From: an uncultured Methanotrichaceae archaeon
GTDB lineage: Archaea > Halobacteriota > Methanosarcinia > Methanotrichales > Methanotrichaceae
Assembly (NCBI GenBank): GCA_964604285.1
Contig: CAZRYL010000002.1
Location: 6,669 to 70,668, forward strand
DNA length: 64,000 nt
Direction of reading: 5' to 3'
Part shown: piece by piece, positions 59,373-64,000 of the stretch
How the letters are laid out: every line of letters starts with the position of its first letter
Position numbering within the stretch: the stretch's first letter is position 1
The notes under the pieces: generated by a model
Told to the model about the DNA's origin: nothing
The model's database searches: none
Seen by the model: the letters and a program-made list of their open reading frames with translations, nothing else
Made by a program: the position numbers and the translations under genes

Positions 59373-61106
59373 CTACTGGTTCAGATAATATATCTTATTT
59401 GGGGTCATATCATTAAGAACGGGGGTTTGGCTTAGCAAATGGCCGTTGGACCATTGGATCGTGCTCTTATACGCCTCATAAAAGCAGTTTTGAAGGATTA
59501 TCTTGCTCCCCTTCCTGGCTTCTTCATTTATAGCCTTGCACAGATTTTGGGTAAATACGCTCAGAGAACCCAGCCACTCTTCATTGCTTGGCTCGTTTGT
59601 CTTGGATGAAGCCAACAACAATTGACCTTCTGCAGTGACATCGAAGAGCGCACCACTATTGCATGCATCAATTATTATAGCTAAATTCTTAATATCTTTA
59701 ATATATTGGTTCAATTCTTCTTCGCTGATATATGTGGATGTGGCACCATTTGCATCTTTGGGAATTAGATAATAATTTCCATCACGATCCAGGTATCCAT
59801 GCCCGGAAAAATAGATCAAAGCGTTATCCACTTCATCCTTTTTCTGTTTCATCTCTGCCAAAGCTACTTTCAAGATATTGTCCTTTGTAGGCGGGCAGGG
59901 CGTCTCGTCTGTCAAGATCCTGACTTCGTACCCGTGCGACTTCAACAAATCGGCCATGGTGTTGGCGTCATTCACACTGGTGCGCAGGGGCCTCCTGTCT
60001 TTGTACTCATCAATGCCAATTACGATAGCGAAGTTCTTCTTTTCATTTCCTTTTTTGCTGCTTTTTTGTAATTTATCCCAATTAACGTAATTGATTTCTT
60101 GCATTTGTTTCTTAGAATTCTCCTCTAATAGATTGTTTATGTTTTTGAGCGTATCGCTCTTAGGTCCAAGTTCGCTATGCCCTCCATAGGAGTCGAATAT
60201 CTCCGTTTTTGTGAGGTTTTTGTATTGGTTGTTTATATTAGATCTGATGTTGTTTGATCGATCAAAGGCATCGACCCAATCGGTATCTTGTTTGTAGTTG
60301 TAATCGTCAAATTCGTGCACTTCATGCGTTCTCCCGTCAATACTGGAAGATGCATTAGAACTGGCGATCAGATTGGTTCCTAAGATGCGATCGAAAGTCT
60401 CATCGCTCTTATAAACATAGTTCACTTTCGAGTTGGTAGTTGAAGTAAAATTCGGGCTTATAGTCCCTAAACTATAATCGAATGCTTCCTTATTCTCATA
60501 AATATAATTCTTTTTTGAATCTTTATTGGAGACCGTCACAGATCTGCTTATTTGAGTTGTCTTTGAGATATCCGGTTCTCTAGCATTATATTCTTTGGCA
60601 CTGTATTTGTAAACACGGCCCAGGTTTGAACCGATATCATGATAATCATGAGAATCTGCAAGGGAAATGGGTTCTATCTTATTTAGCAGTTCGATATTAT
60701 CGCCTATAGAGGATTTATAACCGCCTCTAATACTTTGTTTATGCTTTTCCACAGGATCGTCTTTACCATTTATATAAATCTCTAAATTTTTATTGATTTT
60801 CCGCCCCGTATTGCTTTGCCAAAAACCGCTGCCCTCTTCAGTGTCAGAATCTGCCATTTTTGTATTATATGGGTCGATTAGCTGGCTATCCTCATTTAAG
60901 GCAGCATCTTTATTGGTAAGCATATCCAGGGCAATCTGACTAGACGTGATATTTGTCTGTTCTCTGGTTGCCTCTACCTGGGGTGCAATCATCATGATTA
61001 TAAGCGCCAATATAAAACATGCCCTCAATTGCGCCGCCTCTGTAGTATGTTTTGGTTTATTCATTGGGAACCGACAAATGCTTCCAAGTGATCTCTCAGT
61101 GCCCAT
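59373..61106 (-). CDS. Caspase-like (peptidase C14) protein with signal peptide and low-complexity N-region
   Basis: FAIVIGIDEY, VNDA, YFSGHG (His) and IIDACNSG (Cys), SVFT, QTP. Confidence 0.88.
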   Translation of the reverse strand: MGTERSLGSICRFPMNKPKHTTEAAQLRACFILALIIMMIAPQVEATREQTNITSSQIALDMLTNKDAALNEDSQLIDPYNTKMADSDTEEGSGFWQSNTGRKINKNLEIYINGKDDPVEKHKQSIRGGYKSSIGDNIELLNKIEPISLADSHDYHDIGSNLGRVYKYSAKEYNAREPDISKTTQISRSVTVSNKDSKKNYIYENKEAFDYSLGTISPNFTSTTNSKVNYVYKSDETFDRILGTNLIASSNASSSIDGRTHEVHEFDDYNYKQDTDWVDAFDRSNNIRSNINNQYKNLTKTEIFDSYGGHSELGPKSDTLKNINNLLEENSKKQMQEINYVNWDKLQKSSKKGNEKKNFAIVIGIDEYKDRRPLRTSVNDANTMADLLKSHGYEVRILTDETPCPPTKDNILKVALAEMKQKKDEVDNALIYFSGHGYLDRDGNYYLIPKDANGATSTYISEEELNQYIKDIKNLAIIIDACNSGALFDVTAEGQLLLASSKTNEPSNEEWLGSLSVFTQNLCKAINEEARKGSKIILQNCFYEAYKSTIQWSNGHLLSQTPVLNDMTPNKIYYLNQ

Positions 61107-61448
61107 AATAGGTTTTTTTGTAATATATATGTTTTGCAGTCGTGAGGGATTTTTTTGCTAGACAAATTAAAGTTTGCATGATATGTCGAAAAATATTAAT
61201 TAAAAATTTATTAAATCTTTGAACTTATTTTAGAACATCTATCAAATTAATTTATATTCATTACTGCTAATAACCCATAATGCCATCGATGGTCGTCAAA
61301 AGAAATATATATGATTGTTTCAAATTATATAGCGTCGAGAAGTTAAATTCAATATCTAGTGATTTGAAATCGTGAGGAATGGTCTTAACTAGTTCGAGTT
61401 GTAGGTCTGAGTTATAATTGGCGAAATTAGAAAAAAAGAGATAAATGC

Positions 61449-61934
61449 ATGTCAGGCTACTTATACACCTTCTTGTTATTTGCGGCAGTAATTGGCATCA
61501 TGGGTCTGGCCGAAGGGTCAAGCGAAAGTAACAATAGCACCATTTACAAGAGCATTCTAATTCAGGCTTTGAACCAATATGACGAGGACCTTAACAGTTC
61601 TTCGTATATTCTAGATGAGTTCGTAAAAAAAAATATCAGTAGCAATGATGCAATGATTGCTACCACATCTCTCTTCATATTGGCCTCCCATACGCTGGAG
61701 ACGATAAAGACCGCCAAGCTACCTCCAGAGTATGCAGATTACCATAATGATACTATTCGAGCGCTGGAATATCTGCGAGAATATCTCTGGGATATGGCTA
61801 AATTCTATGAGACCAATGAAATTAGTTATGCTTTGAGCGCCAGAGACAACTTTAATAGTAGTTTATACTATTATGAAAAAGAAAAGAACCTTCTCAAAAT
61901 ATTGGGGGGTTCGCAGACCCCTCAAAGAGGTTAG
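61449..61934 (+). CDS. Secreted helical hypothetical protein
   Basis: Signal peptide and amphipathic helices. Confidence 0.6.
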   Translation: MSGYLYTFLLFAAVIGIMGLAEGSSESNNSTIYKSILIQALNQYDEDLNSSSYILDEFVKKNISSNDAMIATTSLFILASHTLETIKTAKLPPEYADYHNDTIRALEYLREYLWDMAKFYETNEISYALSARDNFNSSLYYYEKEKNLLKILGGSQTPQRG

Positions 61935-62018
61935 AGTACCAAAAACCGTGCGATTTATCTCACCTGAGGGTCTGGATTCCCATCTGCTGGTGAAAATGAT
62001 TTTTACAAATTCTTCTTC

Positions 62019-62807
62019 CTAAAGATCCACCATACTGCTTGCAAGCATCACCGGTCCGTCGAAGCTTCCTCGCGCCCGGCTGGAGTCCACGAAGACCCTT
62101 TCCATCAGCACCGGAGCGCCGTAGGACTCAGCGCCGCACAACAGCAGCGTTGTTCTGAAGATCAGGTTCCCGGATACTCCCTCGGGCGCAATGATGATGT
62201 CGTCTCCCCGGCATGCCTCAATCAAAATTCCCCTGTGTTTTGCATCCAAGCCCGCCTCCCGTGCCCGGGCGGCGATCAGCTCGCCCTCAGCCAGGCTGCG
62301 ATCAATGCGCTCGCAGCGCCCCAGGTCCTCCATCCTGCCGCCAGAAAGCACCGAGACCTTTGGAGATATGCCAAATCGCTGCATGAACTTAGCTCCCTCC
62401 AACGCCAGGCCCAACCTGTCTTGGATAGTCTCGCCCTCATCGATCCCCACAGGTCCCAGCAGGAACGACCAGCCAGACAGTTCAAGAAGAGCCAGCCGCT
62501 TTACCTTTGTGTCAAACATTCTGGACAGGCATTTCATGGTCCTGCCAGCTGGCAGGTTGCCCCTTACGGCGCCCTCTATCTTTCCCTCCTTCAAGAGCCG
62601 GACCAGCTCCATCCAGGGCTCATCAGTTGGGACGAAGTCCAGGTCGCATTTACAGCGCGGCTCGCCAACCAGCAGAAGATCGGCATACTTTGTGGCCGAT
62701 TGAAGCGATGCTATGAGCTTTGCATCTGAATTCCAGATGCCGATACCTATGCGAGGGTGCCTTGCCATGGCCTTCTCCTGCATAGATTGCACAAAGCCTT
62801 TGTCCAT
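62019..62807 (-). CDS. mtxX: Methanogenesis marker protein 4 / MtxX
   Basis: AVRG.L, GPVGIDEG, LSGGR.ED.GR, AP.GVSGNLIFR, VDSSR. Confidence 0.85.
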   Translation of the reverse strand: MDKGFVQSMQEKAMARHPRIGIGIWNSDAKLIASLQSATKYADLLLVGEPRCKCDLDFVPTDEPWMELVRLLKEGKIEGAVRGNLPAGRTMKCLSRMFDTKVKRLALLELSGWSFLLGPVGIDEGETIQDRLGLALEGAKFMQRFGISPKVSVLSGGRMEDLGRCERIDRSLAEGELIAARAREAGLDAKHRGILIEACRGDDIIIAPEGVSGNLIFRTTLLLCGAESYGAPVLMERVFVDSSRARGSFDGPVMLASSMVDL

Positions 62808-62821
62808 GTGGTGCACCCACC

Positions 62822-63787
62822 TTACCGTATTCCTGTGACGCAATCTACAGCGAAATCGAAGAGATCAGCCTCTTCGTTGCCTGAGCGAATGACGAGCTTC
62901 CGCTCGCTCGTCACCCTTCCAATCACCGCCGCCGTGAGGCCGCGTCTATTGAAGACCTCCAAGACTCGCCTGGCATTCTCAGGCTTTGTGCTGACCACAA
63001 ACCCCATACCGGGATACATCTTCAGCCAGCTTTCCAGGTCCAGGCTCTTTGGAACTGGTATTCTGTCTACCTCAACGACAGCACCCACTCCACTCGTCTC
63101 CAGCAACATTGCGAGCGTTCCCAGCAGTCCTGGATTGCTGATGTCTTTTCCTGCTTTTACAAGGCCGGCCTCGCCAAGCTCCTGCATGGACCCAAGCTGG
63201 TAGAGCAGCGTTTCTCGGTCCTTGAAGCTGGTTGAGTCGAAGTTGATGGAGAACCTGGGATGAGGCGCGCCATCCATGTCGGCAGCCGCTACAACCACCT
63301 CGCCTGGCAGCGCGGTGCTGCTCAAGATCACAGCATCCTTTTTCGCTTTGCCGAGGATCGCGACATCCAGGGCGCTGTAGGGCGTGTCCGGGTGCAGATG
63401 CCCGCCGATGATGGGCACATTGAACTTCTCAATTCCCTTCTTCATGCCCTGCAGAACTCTTTTGCCAACCTCCTGATCGTCCACAGAAAGGACGTCCACC
63501 ATTGCTACCGGCCAGCCGCCCATAGCAGCGATATCATGCACATTGACCAGAACTGAGCAGTAGCCTGACCACTCCGGATCGGCCTGCATCAACTTGGACC
63601 AGATGCCATCAGCCGCCAGGAGGATGACCTCGTCGCCGTCATCTATCACCGCGGCATCCTCACCAAAGGAGGCGATGATGCGTTCGGATTCAATGGGAAA
63701 GAACTGGAGAAGATCGCCTATCTGCTTCTTGCGAGTGATTCCCACAAACCCGCGAAGCTCGGCCGCCAGAGATTGCAGATTCATCAC
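62822..63787 (-). CDS. Methanogenesis marker protein 2 (AIR-synthase-like)
   Basis: GITRK, GEDAAVI, AADGIW, NVHDIAAMGG, GGHLHPD, GKDISNPG. Confidence 0.88.
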   Translation of the reverse strand: MMNLQSLAAELRGFVGITRKKQIGDLLQFFPIESERIIASFGEDAAVIDDGDEVILLAADGIWSKLMQADPEWSGYCSVLVNVHDIAAMGGWPVAMVDVLSVDDQEVGKRVLQGMKKGIEKFNVPIIGGHLHPDTPYSALDVAILGKAKKDAVILSSTALPGEVVVAAADMDGAPHPRFSINFDSTSFKDRETLLYQLGSMQELGEAGLVKAGKDISNPGLLGTLAMLLETSGVGAVVEVDRIPVPKSLDLESWLKMYPGMGFVVSTKPENARRVLEVFNRRGLTAAVIGRVTSERKLVIRSGNEEADLFDFAVDCVTGIR

Positions 63788-64000
63788 ATGGGGTTTATGC
63801 TCGGATCAAAAAAAGATAACGCCAAAAAAAAGATGATCCCGGGCAATGTCATCCTGTGATGCCGCAGCAAGTTTTTTTAACCCTGGTCTCCATAAAAGCG
63901 CCTTGCAGTTTATAGATAGGCGCAAGGGAGGAAATCACTTTGACTGGGGCGCTCCACGAGAAGGGTAGCATAAAAAAATCCTCTAATCTTCTCTAGATAT

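Noticed and set aside
61903-61923. GGGGGTTCGCAGACCCC as a tRNA T-arm remnant or att site at the edge of the AT-rich block
   Set aside because: Imperfect stem, lies inside a CDS, no matching copy at the other end and no integrase
63939-63951. TTTGACTGGGGCG resembles a 23S rRNA segment or a ZTP riboswitch core
   Set aside because: Only about 13 nt match and the flanking structure is absent

Overview
Chromosomal window from a methanogenic archaeon, most likely Methanothrix/Methanotrichaceae. This is an inference from the methanogen-type SerRS, marker proteins 2 and MtxX, and the DUF11-rich secreted proteins. Most of it is core housekeeping: class III ribonucleotide reductase carrying a 473-aa LAGLIDADG intein, rps15-DHH-pcc1-serS, archease-rtcB-trmJ, cdc6 with an adjacent ORB-bearing replication origin, the anaerobic cobalamin operon cbiTLFGHCDE, tfs-pcna-priL, priS-GINS-rpl44e-rps27e-aIF2a-nop10-PAC2-pmbA-prs-aroC, and aroA'. 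The most interesting accessory parts are: (i) two giant secreted proteins with a shared C-terminal module, one with a probable Cys-Gln thioester (TED) domain and a near-perfect 606-bp internal duplication; (ii) an AT-rich block where a signal-peptide-bearing caspase-like protease precedes three secreted beta-rich proteins, one with amyloid-like internal repeats; (iii) a perfect 33-bp inverted repeat next to the ORBs and a 15-bp tandem array about 1 kb away; (iv) a candidate hairpin sRNA upstream of nrdD. No rRNA, tRNA, CRISPR array or transposase was seen. All calls come from reading motifs by eye; no searches were run.
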